Source: Octopus sinensis
Taxonomy: Eukaryota
Reading direction: 5' to 3'
DNA: 64,000 nt
Assembly: GCF_006345805.1 (NCBI RefSeq)
Contig: NC_043015.1
Location: 5,022,001-5,086,000, forward strand
Shown here one piece after another: positions 13,690 through 26,559 of this stretch. The stretch's first letter is position 1, and every line of letters begins with the position of its first letter. A program made the translations under genes and the position numbers. The notes beneath the pieces are model-generated. The model made no database searches, was not told the origin of the DNA, and saw only the letters and a program-made list of their open reading frames with translations.

Positions 13690-14460
13690 CTAAACTGCTC
13701 ATTCAATTTGGAACTGCTCGAAGCAAACAGTTCAGTATCACTTGATTGGTTGAAAGACATGTATTCCGTTTACTTGACGCGCAGCTCTGTTTTCGCAGCT
13801 GATGTATCTACACTGCTGAGCAAATGTTGAGCTTGATCTATTTCTTTAGATATGTGTGCTATATCATCTGCGACGTTCAGGTCACTGTTAGTACTTTACG
13901 CGATTTTTATCGGTCTATGTTGAAACCAATGTCTTCGTCATTGTTGTCTATAGCCTACCACATTGCATTATCCAATACAATTACAAAGATGTAAGGTGCA
14001 AGCGTATCTCTTTCTTGCACCCCATCTAGCATTTTAAAAAATTTCGTTTCTCCATCAGATTAGATCACATGAGCTCTAGTATTCTCCCAGGTCATTGCAA
14101 TCTGTGTTGTTATATGGCAATGAAACATGGATCCTGACAAAGAAATTACCATGATATGAATGACCCTAAACTTAATACGACAACAATACATGACAAATGA
14201 ACGCCTTCAGGGAATCCGACTGGAAGTAAGCGAAAAGGTCAGGCAAAGACGGCTACAACTACCTGGTCACTGTGTGCGCCACTCTGAACTGGTAGCATAC
14301 AACTTAGTCTTATGGAACGAAGAGGAAACCGCCATCACATTTACACCGAATACTTGTTTGAAGACGCTGGCCTAGAATGTATACAGGACCTCGAGTCTGA
14401 GATGATGAACCGAGAACTATGGCATGTAGACTTTGATGTTGCAGCCTGGGTTGGAACCCG
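13690..14460. mobile_element. RTE LINE fragment with inverted RT core (minus) joined to 3' region (plus)
   Basis: Minus 13690-14130: TLAPYIFVIVLD...VADDI.HISK.IDQAQHLLSSV (RT core). Plus 14160-14460: TNERLQGIRLEVSEKVRQRRLQLPGHCVRHSELVAYNLVLW. Confidence 0.75.
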
Positions 14461-14519
14461 GTCATAATATAAATAAATAAAAGAATATACACACACCTTG
14501 TCGCAACGACGAAGGCATA

Positions 14520-14900
14520 GTAGAGCAAGACGTTGATATTTATGCTGATAATGATGATGGCGTCGACAGCGGCCTCAGCGTTGTCGATGATTTCGAAGAA
14601 GATGCTGATGAATATGATGATGAGGATGAGCATAAGGATGAGTTTGATGAACACAATGAGGATGAGGAGGACGAGGAGGGAGATGACGATGAGGAGAAGG
14701 AGGTGGTGGTGGTGGTGGAGGAGGAGGGGAGGAGGATGTGGAGGAAGGGAGTCGGAGGAGAAGTGCAATAACGATGATGAGTAGGCGAAGGATGTTAGCG
14801 ACAGGAATACGATGATGATTTTTGCGTGTTCTTGCTATTGTAGTAGTGGTGGTAGTGGTGGTGGTGGTGGAGGCTGTTGTGATAGTCGTTTTATTAAAGT
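14520..14900. repeat. Compound trinucleotide low-complexity tract (GAT/GAG/GGT)
   Basis: Directly visible degenerate triplet runs. Confidence 0.85.
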
Positions 14901-15655
14901 AGATGCAGTGTTGGTAGGTGTAGTTATGCTGATGCTTATAAGAGCGAACTCGACACTTGTTTGTTCCTGTCAGTGCAGATCATATTTTTTTGTTTCTTCT
15001 GTAATCTCAAAATATCACAATCGTTATTCTGAATTACTGACCTTCCAGCTACGGCCGTCAATAGAATACAGTCATATAATATATATATAAGACAAAAAAA
15101 TTTCGATAACATAATATTTTATGATTGTGTGCAGAAAAAAAAAATACTTAGTTTTCACTAATTAACATAAACAATCGCTGTTGGAAAACAGCGTTGAGAG
15201 GAAAATATAGGAAAGATGTGGCGCGAAATAAATTATGCAGACAGAAAAAGAAAGAAAGGAGAAGTACGATGAAAACGAAAATAAATAAATAATTTGCGTG
15301 TATGGAATAAATTGCGAATATATGGATAAAATTTTAAAACATAAGTTGACTAAATTGTAAGGAAGTAGTATTATATTTTGAACATTGCAGTTAGAATAAT
15401 AATGAGTCAATAATTACATACAGACAGACATACTTACACATGTGTGCGTGTTTGTTCGTGTATGGATACAGACATAAACACACAGATATATCAAAAGTGA
15501 AAAATCTAAAATTATAAAATAAAGAATTTTTTTTTGTTAAATTTAACCCTCAGACATTATTTTATTATTGTTTATATTCCTGTGGGTGTTTTAGAAAAAA
15601 ATGAAGAATTTCATGTATACACCGGGGTAAACAAAAGCGTCCTTTCAGTTAAACA

Positions 15656-15773
<118 letters not shown>

Positions 15774-17987
15774 AATATGAGCCGAAATCTGGAGCAGAAA
15801 TACATAGCGAAAAAGTATTATAAGATAAATTAGTATATATGGTGTCGTATAATATAAGACCGAATATATAGGCCTGTGCATATGTATGTGTATGTATGTA
15901 TATTAAAGTACGAAATTTTATGAATGCAGGATGAATCGAAGAGCGTTAGCTACCTGATAAAACGATATTTCAAAATTTTCTGATGTTTTCAGTTACTTTC
16001 CACCTGGAGTACATATGTCATAATAGATAGTGAGAGGTTGTTTTGACACTCCATATTATGTACATAGTAACTGCGACTTGATAAATTCGATTTTCATATC
16101 CAAACCATCAGACATTCAATATAACTAACAAATCACCACGCACATCTTACAGAAAACTTAACGTTTGAAAGGAGTCATATTTCACCAGTCTCCCGTTTAA
16201 TATATGTCTGCAAAAGGATGTTTGAAGTTTCAAGAAACATCGCTCACTGAGGTGTTAGAAAATAAAAATTCCATTTGATGCAGAGTCATGTCTTTGGGAA
16301 AAATATTATATTCGAAATCGCGTGTCGAATAAACAGATTTATATTTAAATAAAAAGAATTGGATAAAAAAATATTGCAATTTATTTACAAAAAGAAAAGT
16401 GTAAAAACAAAAAAAAAAAGAAATTGTGGTTCAAAATAATTGTTATTAAAATTATAGTGTGTTTACCTCAAAATATGCAAAATTTTCAATGCAATAAAGT
16501 ACTATCAAATAATGCTCACCACCCACCACATAGCAGAGAAACAATAATGTGTGATTGCAGAAAACCTGTTTTGTTTTTTAAATACTTTCTAAACTTTCGA
16601 AATCATTTCTTTCAGAATATAAAATTAAAAATTAAAAAATGTAAAAAAAATAAAGATATTTTTCAAAATATAATCCTCAGACATTAATATTTTTATTATT
16701 GTTTACGTTCTTGTAAATAAAATAACGAAAAAAAAAACATAAAAAAGGGGAAAAAATCACATATACAACGAGAGAAACAAAAACTCACACACAATGAAAC
16801 ATGCCTACACATACGCGCTAAAGCTAGGAGCAGCACTAAGGCAGTGATCAGTCCATGCATAGCAAAAGATGTAAACAGAAAATCCAATTACACGGCATCA
16901 TATATAAGACCAAATGCATATGTTTGTGCATATACATATGCATACAAGCATATGTATATATATATATATATATATATACATTCATAAATATATATATTGA
17001 CAAATATGTAAGTGTATAAACAGGAATAAAATTTATATACACACATGCACATATATATATATATATATAACGCATGTGTGTATCTGTATGAAAGCTTTTT
17101 CTGTATGTATGCGCAACTAAAGTCGCAGACTCACAGACATTTCTAAAACCTTAAAATAGAGCGAAGGCAAAAACTATGTTGGTCTTTCTTCAAGTGATTC
17201 TTGAACGATTCAATCCTGTTAAACAATGAGATTATCGCGAAAATGGAACTAATCAAATTAAGTCTTTAGCAGATTTTGAAAAGAAGAAAAAAAAAATGTC
17301 TTTATATGAAGATTTCCTTTAATGAAATCTTGCTGCGATTGACACATTAGTTTAATTTTTCCTGTTTTGTGAAGGTTTTTTTTTTTTGTATTTTGTGTTG
17401 ATTCCTTCTGCTCCATCATCGTATTCATCATTATCGTCGTCGTCGTCATAACATCATCACCATCACCACCACCACCGTCATCATCATCATATTCATCATC
17501 ATCATCATTGCAATTGTACTTTATATATTTTGCGTCTAATCTTATTTTTCCTTATTCCTGCCAAAATACATTTTCTTGTTCGATAGAATTAAACAATAGC
17601 AGAATACTACTAGAACAATTTTGATGATATCGTAAGCGATTGTGATGAGGATGATGTTGATTATGATGTTATGAAAATGAGGAGAAAAACGTTGAGGGAG
17701 AGAAACGTTACTAATTCTGAAAATATTAACAATAAAAATTATTAATGTTGATGATGAATAAATTGGTGAATCAAAATACGTTGGAGTTGATTTATAATAG
17801 CAATAATAAGTGAAATAACGGCTGCTCTAATGCTAATGATGATGATCGTCCTCATTGCACACTGGTCGATCACAATGATGAAAACGCTAAAATCCTGACT
17901 TATTATGAATGTGAGGGTGATCATAATGGTGACTGTGATGATGTTATATATATATATATATATTATATATATATATATATATACATG

Positions 17988-18018
<31 letters not shown>

Positions 18019-18039
18019 TGTGTGTGTGTGTGTGTGTGT

Positions 18040-18245
18040 ATGTTTGTGTGTCTGTGTTTCTTTCCCCAACATCGCTTGACAACCAATACTGGCGTGTTTA
18101 CGTCCCCGTAACTTAGCGGTTCGACAAAAGACACCGATAGAATAAGTTCTAGGCTTACAAAAAGTAAGTCCTGGGGTCGAATTGCTCGACTAAAAGGCGG
18201 TGCTCCAGTATGGCCATAGTCAAATGAGTGAAACAAGTAAAAGTA
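18040..18245 (+). mobile_element. SINE 3' half (Octopus-type)
   Basis: gtttacgtccccgtaacttagcggttcg...ggggtcga...ggcggtgctccagtatggcc...gaaacaagtaaaag; shared with copies at 26040 and 46750. Confidence 0.8.
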
Positions 18246-18429
18246 TAAAAGCGTAAGGATATTTATTTGTGATTTGTTGTAAGCAAAATACAAATAAATA
18301 AACCGGGCGTGCGTTAAAATATAGCAAAACAAAACGCTACGTAAATCATTTAATTTCGAGATCATAATCATATAAATATATACGTTAGAGAAGATACAGG
18401 GATTATTACTTCTCCAATTAATATATCTT

Positions 18430-19850
18430 CATCTGCTTCTGATAGCATTACCGCTCATGTCGCGTCAAGGTGTGAGCGCATGTGATTCTCCAGCACCTTG
18501 CTGCATTAAATACATGTCGGTATACTCCTGGGTGCTCCCAGGCGATCCATCGAGCTGAGACCAAGTCATTTCCAGGAGAGACCTAGTCGTGGCATGTGGT
18601 CGACCATCATGGTCCACCAACGCAACCGTATCTTCGGAGAAGATAACGCAGTAAGCGGAATAACGAGCAGCATGAACAGACCTTCGTATCTAGCGTTACT
18701 GAATCATACATGTAACAGAATACATCCCAGTTTCTGAGTAGAGTCGTTCGTTTGATACTTAATCTGACCAATAGTATTCCATAATCACACGAACAGTCCA
18801 ATCACCAAAGGAGCCCAAACGACTCATAAGATCCGCTGACAGTTTTCTAGTTTAACAACTATAATGCAGAACATGGAGGACCAGAGATCTAAAGATCCGA
18901 ACCTTTGTCAAACATTATATATATGTTGAGAGCGCCTGGCACTTATCCAGTTGATCCACAGCTGAACTAGGACGCGTTGAAGTCTTGTGGGGATTTAGGC
19001 ATGCAGCTAATGCCGCTATGAATCACACTGACTCTATAGGTGAAGCCTGTAAACAACTTTGAAATCCTCATACGCAACAGAGAGAGAGAGAAGGAGAGAG
19101 AGAAAGAGAGAGAGAAGTGAAAAACTCCAATAAGCCCAAGATACCACATCATTGTCTTCGCCGAACAGCCTAAGGCCAAGTGGTTCTCATTGAGTAGTGC
19201 TCCTCCAGATATCCAGAAATTCAGCAAGAATAACTGTCGTGAGCAAAATCTACGCCCGTAATCCGAACATCATAAATAAGCATCACAACTCGATCGAAAC
19301 ACAATTCAGCCAAGTATACAACACCTTCAGGTACTGGAAAAGGCGGTAGCTAAACCACAGCACTGATGGACTCCAGACCTAAATGGCAAAATGTCGGATG
19401 TCAAGCCCCCAATCCGTCGGTCATTGTCGTTTCCGGCACAAAGAGTCATCACCAGCACAAACAGTTGAGATGGAATATCGTGCAGTTACGGAATCCCTGT
19501 ACAACGAGTGAAATCCATTTGGAAGTCGACATACTACCTAACCGGAGGAAGAGTATAATTATCCCGTTCCAGCAAAGTAAAGATAACTGCCGTGATTATA
19601 TTAGTTCTTGGTGGCCTGTGAGGATTTTGCCAGAATTTATGTATTTGTGAGTGTGTGTGTAAGTGCGTGCGTGTGTTTATGTGTGTACTCTCCCTAACAT
19701 TCAATATTTAAGGCATTTAAGTCATCTTGAACGGAGTATGAAATTCGCTCACGTCTCGGCGGCCGGCGCAGCCAGGCTTCATGCCAAGAAGGTTAAATAC
19801 TGACAAAATCCTGGCTCTTCGTTTACTTTTTGAGCGTCAACTACTAGACG
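18430..19850. mobile_element. Degenerate RTE LINE, apparently with inverted internal structure
   Basis: Plus 18790-19850: endonuclease-end and early RT-like motifs (IIPFQQSKDNCRDY; QPGFMPRRLNTDKILALRLLFERQL). 18430-18790 resembles an RTE 3' region on minus. Interrupted by (GA)n. Confidence 0.55.
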
Positions 19851-20599
19851 AAATACAGAAAACAATGGAAGAAATTATGTGAATGTTTGAGTATATACTT
19901 GTATTTCAGTAGTGGTGTCTCCATCCATCAAATTATAATTACCATCTCCGAAGGAGGAACACATGCCAAGATTAGTTTAACTTCAAGAAGTATCTATGGT
20001 GCTCAATAAATTTGATCGAGTGGACGGGTACGTTATGTTTAATTATATACGGCTTGTACAATGATGAAAGTATGAAAAATATTTTGAAATATCTAAAAGT
20101 AGAATTATTACACAAACTTTCGTAAATATAACTTATTTATGAGAAACGATATTTTCCCAATACACAAATCTATATATCTACAAGTATACGTAAATATTTA
20201 GAGATATTTATGTATACTTGTGTTTATGTATAGGTGTATTTGTGAGCGTGCATGAGTGTGTCTGCCTCTGTGTGTGTAACAGTCCCAATCACTCAATATT
20301 TAAGATTACGTGTTAGCTAGAAAATGCGATCTAGAGCCCAATATACGTACGTCAATCAAATTTATACCATCGTGTATGCAATTGTAGCTCTCATCCTATT
20401 TTTTCTTTCTCCATCACACCCATATGCTATTGAATTCATTCCTTTATTTCCATCCCATTTCTCAGACGTTGTCAACATATTCGTCCCCTACACTATTCTT
20501 TACGTAACACTCATTGAGTTACACATATATTCACTCTTAGACTTCAAATTCTTTTCTAATTCTTCTTTTCACTCTTCTTATAGATTTAGATCATGGGTT

Positions 20600-21320
20600 A
20601 CGTAAAAGGTCCCAGTACTCCCCCTAGGAATGCGCGAGGATTTACAGGGGGTCACTGACAGCCAAGGGGTGGAATGGAGGTCGGCGTGCGAAATACTTAC
20701 TCAGCGCAATGAAACATGGAAAATCATGATCAATTTTCATTGCAGCGAGAAGTCTGCAAACGTTCGAGCCTTGATGTCGTAATCTGCATCGTAATCGAAA
20801 ATTAAGAGGCGTGATTAAGGCGATGCGGACTGTCAAGTGTTTCTGATGGAATTGACCAGGCCTGCTAGGGAAGATAAGATATTAAATACATACCTCATAC
20901 ACTTTTTTTAGGGGGTTTTTTCATTGTAGGTAATGGATTTGTGAAGCTGAAGTGGTGATCACTCGAACGCTATGCCATCCGTTGTGCTGAGGTTGTCTTT
21001 CATTCAGCGAACTGTCTGATTTAAGTGTCGATATTGCGTCGAAAGCCTCTTTTGAGATCAGAAGTCTGAGTGCAGTAAGAAAATAAGAGAAAGATACCCA
21101 CACCTTAAAGCGGCAGCTGAGCCACTCCTTCTGGCATTTCCAAACTCTTAAATGGTGGAATCTGCCTTCAGTCATGAAATCGCAAACGATTTGAGACTGA
21201 ATCTGACCAACATTCGGCCTGATATCAACGCCTTGATTCAGGATCACCATGGTCATTCCTCACATAGATTTTTATCAATTTCAATAAAAGATACTCCAGC
21301 AATATGATGCGCTTTTCAAA
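20600..21320 (-). mobile_element. piggyBac-like transposase remnant
   Basis: RFKVWV resembles the WGFK.WV motif; RLRCRLRHQ...VCR...FPCF resembles the C-terminal Cys-rich domain; heavily decayed. Confidence 0.45.
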
Positions 21321-22269
21321 TTTTCCAAACGTGAAAACTATTAGATAAATTTGAAAGTTTAATGCTGTATACATGTAAACGTAGTTTTAAATGTAAAAAC
21401 ATTTTAATTGCCAGTAACAGTACCCGTTGCGCATTTAAGATATTGTACGGTAGGGTAGGGTATTAAGATATTTTAAATGAGGAGGGTGGTCGATGAGGAA
21501 CGACAAAGTGGCTAATGGTGGTCGATGGATGGAAAACTTTTGTGACTCTGCTCTCGACCACCTGAAACATTGATGCAGCTTGCGAATGACGAGGGTCTCC
21601 TCTTGCTCATTTTTATGCATTTTTTGCAATTTCATATTCACACACGCGCGCACTCATACACATGCAAATCTTCACTATTTTTTGGTTGAACCATATGGAG
21701 TCAGTAACTGTTTAAAAGGGAAACTGTTGAAAAACAAACGGTTAACCAAATTATATTTGCCTTACTGTGATATGGTTTTTATTGGGATATGTGTGTATTA
21801 ATATTTATTAATTATAAAGCATAAAATATTATCTAGTCAGTCTGAGATGAAATTGTAATGTTTTGAGACAGAGACAGAGAGACAGGTGGGGAGATTTAAG
21901 TCTGTCGTCATTAAACAAACATAAGATTAGTTGTGACTGTCCGAGCAGTAAATTCAATCAAACTTTAACGGTCTTTTTCTTTCCCTCTGAAATAAAACTA
22001 GTATTCAACTGTGTTTGTCTGATTCTGAAGGGGGAAAATGACATACATAGGCCTCTGGTCAGTGACACAGAATACGATGCAAATTTATTGCAACACACAA
22101 ACGCACATATGTACAGATATTCATACAAACACCCACGCGCACACATATATAAATACATGCGTGTGTTTGTGTGTGTGTTTTTGTGTCTATGTACACACAC
22201 ACTCTTCCACATATAATCATGTATGCATCATATGTTTCTTCAATTTTACAGACACACATACACCCAGGC

Positions 22270-22306
<37 letters not shown>

Positions 22307-22321
22307 ATATATATATACAAT

Positions 22322-22738
22322 CGTAGTTGTGTGGTGAGAAACTTGATTCTTAGTTACATGGTTCCAGGTTCAGTCTCACTTCTTGACAAGTTGAACAAGT
22401 ATCTTCTCCTATAAGTCACGCCTAGAGCAAAACATTCTGAGTGGATTTAGTAAACGGAAACTGAAAGACGCCTATCGTATATATATATGTGTGTGATGTT
22501 GTGTGCGTATGTGTGTGTGAATTTCTTTGTGCCTTTGTTTATCCCTGACCCGTTGCCTGACAACCGGTGCTGGTTTGTTCACGTCTCCGTAACATAGCGG
22601 TGTAGCAAAAGAGACAGATATTATAAGCACATATATTACAAAGAAATCCCCCGAAAACTGACTGAAACCCCCACCTCCTGGAAGGTGGTATTCCAGTATC
22701 GCCAAAGTCAAATGACTGACAGGAAAGAATAATAGAAT
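22322..22738 (+). mobile_element. Diverged full-length SINE (Octopus-type)
   Basis: tRNA-like head (gtgtggtgagaaacttg...ggttcagtc), central TA/TG tract and 3' body like other copies. Confidence 0.7.
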
Positions 22739-23659
22739 GTGTGTGCGTGTGCATATGTATGTGAGTGTCTGTATGTGTGAGTGCGTGTAGACGTGGATGG
22801 ATGGATGGATGGATGGATGGATGGATGGATGGATGGATATGTACCTCTGAAATAGTTGAAAACAAAACAAGCAGCACAGTTTATACGTCACGCAATATTT
22901 GGGTTTAAAGTGTTAATATTTGAAATAAAGAATAAATCCGAGTAAATACGTGTATGCCACTTTCAGTGTGATTGGTTAGGCTTCTGTCAGAAACCTACAA
23001 AATCACACTCGAATAAATTAATAAAATATCGCTCGCAGGAAAAGTAAAGGTTTAATTGGTAATGGACAGAATTTCTTGCGACAATTAAGAATGTGATTTA
23101 GAAAGAGAGACATAGAGAGGGAGAGAGATATTAAGAAAGTATGTGTGGGAGTGAGAGAGAGAGAGAGATTAAGAGAGTATGTGTGAGAGATAGAGAGAGA
23201 TTAAGAGAGTTTGTGTGGGAGAGAGAGAGAGTGAGAGAAAGAAAGACAGACGGGGAGGCAGACATAGACAAGCGTAGACTGAGAACTGTGAAAGCGTAAA
23301 TTTAATTTGACGTAAAACTGAATTATTGAATTTATACGATAGAGTAAGAGAATCAGCTGAAAGTACATAGAATGAGTGAGAAAAAGAAAGAGATGACTCA
23401 ATTTGTGATCATTCAATTACGGAAAGTATGGGATTATAACTTAAAGACTTCTAGATAAAGAATAAACAATATTTTTTATTCGGGTAAACATTAAAATAAA
23501 AATATATGAATAGCACGAAAATATGAAGAGTAAATCATATTATAACTAGTGGTGTAAATGTTTATACATCGGTCTCCCAATCTTCATGTATTATATCGTA
23601 TTCTTGGATATTGATGCCTTGTAGATACGCGGCATTTCGTTATGCAACTATAATATATA

Positions 23660-23978
23660 AAACGATAAGCGTCGACCTTTTCTAGCCCAGCAAGGCTCAT
23701 GGGATCGGTTTCCCGGTTTCTATGGCGTATGTGCCCCACTCAACTGGACGGTACGCCAGCCCCTCGCAGCGTTATACTCAAGAAACAGGAAGAGGGAATG
23801 ATAGAAATTTGTGGCGAAAGAGTACAACAGGGGTTGCCATCACCCCCTGTCGGTGCTTCGTGGAATTCTTTAGGTGTTTTCGCTCAATAAACACACACAA
23901 CGCCCGGTCTGGGAATCGAAACTGCAATCCTCCGATCGCAAGTCCCTTGCCCTAACCACTGGGCCATTGCGCCTTCAC
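23660..23978 (-). mobile_element. Second tRNA-headed SINE family
   Basis: Minus strand gtgaaggcgcaatggcccagtggttaggg...gtttcgattcccagaccgggcgttg (A/B boxes); homologous to 58740-58910. Confidence 0.8.
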
Positions 23979-26039
23979 AGCAATAACATATAATGAAGTA
24001 TATTAAATGTTTTTATAAGGCAGTACAGCGTTCTACTGTGTTAGCATTGTACTTTTACTTTATTTGTTAAGCTTATCTCTACAGATATTCTATAGAAGAT
24101 ATTGTATAGCGAGCATCGACTTTTGATACGATGTTTCGTATCCGAGACACCAGATGTAAACATACAGTGAGATCGATGAGAAAAAAGTAATGAGTGTGTA
24201 TGCCAAATTTCGGTGGGATGGTGGTGACTCTTCATCTCACCCCATCCAACACTTTAATCATCCTCCATCACATTATTTAATAGCCACTGTATGCAGTGGT
24301 GTTTCGTTATAAGATATACCAAGTTTACATATTAAGCGCAATTCTGAAAGCTGGTATGTAAAAAGTAATGACTTGCGTTTAAAATGTAAAATTGGTTTAT
24401 CTCGCATACGAAAGGTCGTAGCAAAAATAATTTCTGGCTATAATTTTTATAGCATATCAGTAATGTATTTATAAAAATATTTTTCAAAAATATATATTTT
24501 ATTGCTAAACGTTTGAAAGGTTCAGTTATTATATATGTTTTCATGAAATATGTTCTTGAAGTCCTCTTCAAATTATCTTTATGATACATGAGTAAAAAAC
24601 CGTGGAAAATCATATTTCGAAAGTTATACTCGCTAATGTTTAAGAGGAAGAGATGGCAGGACTTTTAGCGAGGCAAAAAAAAAACGCGTTAGGGTATTTG
24701 AACTGGGCCTTTTAAATTTGAAGTGCACATTTCGAGTAGGTTCAACTTCAATCGTCAGTAGCATAGATAGAGAACTGTGAAAGTGTAAATTTTATTTCAC
24801 TTAAAACTTAAACAAATATTGAAATAAATAGAAAGTCGACTCGATAGTCTACACAAAATCCTTCATCTGAGTATTGATACACATGTTTAAATTGTCAAGC
24901 TGTATTATTTGTTTCGCTTAAATGAATTATATCAAACAAAATATTATGCCTCGAAAACTATAAATTCGCTTGAATATTGCTTGTGTTAGTTTACAACGTA
25001 AGTAATAACGTAATCAATCGATTAATTTATAGTGCTTCTAAAAATTATTCATTATATTTATTTTGATTTCATTTCAGACGTATACGAAAACCTTGGTGTA
25101 GATAGAGTTGGAATACAGAAACAATAATCTTCTTGGAGGAAGCAATCACCATATGAAGAACAAAATATTAGCATATGAAATATTCGTATTTATGCTTCTT
25201 TATCTACACAATAAAAAGAAGTAAATTCGTACACAGCTTTAAGGGCTATATAATTCGTTAAAATGCAGGCTAATATTTATAAAAGTCTGATAATTTTGCA
25301 TTTGGTATTAGGAAAGCCCTTACAGAAAAAATTGAATGATTCTATATGAACAAAGAAAAATATACATTATTATGATGTATTAACTGGAATTGACTGAAGA
25401 TGATAAAATGTGTATATATTAGGAAGCCAGAGAGTGTTAATAACTCTTTAAAATATGATTGACATATATATATAGTTTGTTTCGTCTATACGCACACACA
25501 AACATACACAACTTTATACATATATGCATGTATATACATTCACATATAAAGGTGTGTATCCATATGAGTGTGTGTGTCTGTGACTGTCTCCCTGTTAGAG
25601 TGTGTGTTTTTGTGCGTGTGTGTGTGTGTATGTATGAACGTATGTATTATAATCTCAATAACGCTTTCTAATATAATTAGGGAAAGTAGTAAAATATGAA
25701 TTCGCTAAACAGTTGTTTGATTAATGTGTCAGGAGATCAGTGCAGTAAAAAACAAAATCGACAGCTTCCTTTTGTACGTTTAGACAATATATTCTCATGG
25801 CGATACGAAGTAAACTACCATAGGTTTTATCAGAGTTTCTTTATGGAATGAAAACAAATATATATTTCTGTTTCATATAAAGGTGTATATTATTCATTGT
25901 CAGTCTCTCAAAATACTCGATAAGTCCATGTCAAATTATTCTAGCTTCATTGTCATGTGGATTTGTATCTCCATACCAATGATGTAGGTCATATGGACTT
26001 TAATTTAGGTGAATGTAAAATAACACAAATATATATACT

Positions 26040-26350
26040 ATTTTACTCTTTTACTTGTTTCAGTCATTTGACTGCGGCCATGCTGGAGCACCGCCTTTAG
26101 TCGAGCAAATCGATCCCGGAACTTATTCTTTGTAAGCCTAGTACTTATTCTATCGGTCTCTTTTGCCGAACCGCTAAGTAACGGGGACGTAAACACACCA
26201 GCATCGGTTGTCAAGCAATGCTAGGGGGACAAACAGAGACACACAAACACACACACACACACACATATATATATACATATATACGACAGGCTTCTTTCAG
26301 TTTCCGTCTACCAAATCCACTCACAAGGCATTGGTCGGCCCAGGGCTATA
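26040..26350 (-). mobile_element. SINE (Octopus-type), 5'-truncated
   Basis: Closely matches 46750-47060 and 40040-40350. Confidence 0.85.
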
Positions 26351-26376
26351 GCAGGGCTATATATGCATATATACTA

Positions 26377-26410
<34 letters not shown>

Positions 26411-26559
26411 GTTGTTGTTTTTGTTGCTGCCTTTGTTGCTGTTGTGTATGAGGACGCATGGCTTAATGGTTAGGTTGTTTGCATTCACGATCGCAAGATA
26501 TTGACTTCCCTAAAATGAGTAGAGATCTACTATATGTAACCCAAGTAGAGGTATACTTT

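Noticed and set aside
14310-14784. Poly-H/L/M/R ORFs
   Set aside because: Artefacts of trinucleotide simple repeats.
23925-23978. tRNA gene-like sequence (also 58850-58910)
   Set aside because: It is the tRNA-derived head of a SINE, continuing into a shared SINE body without a proper acceptor stem.
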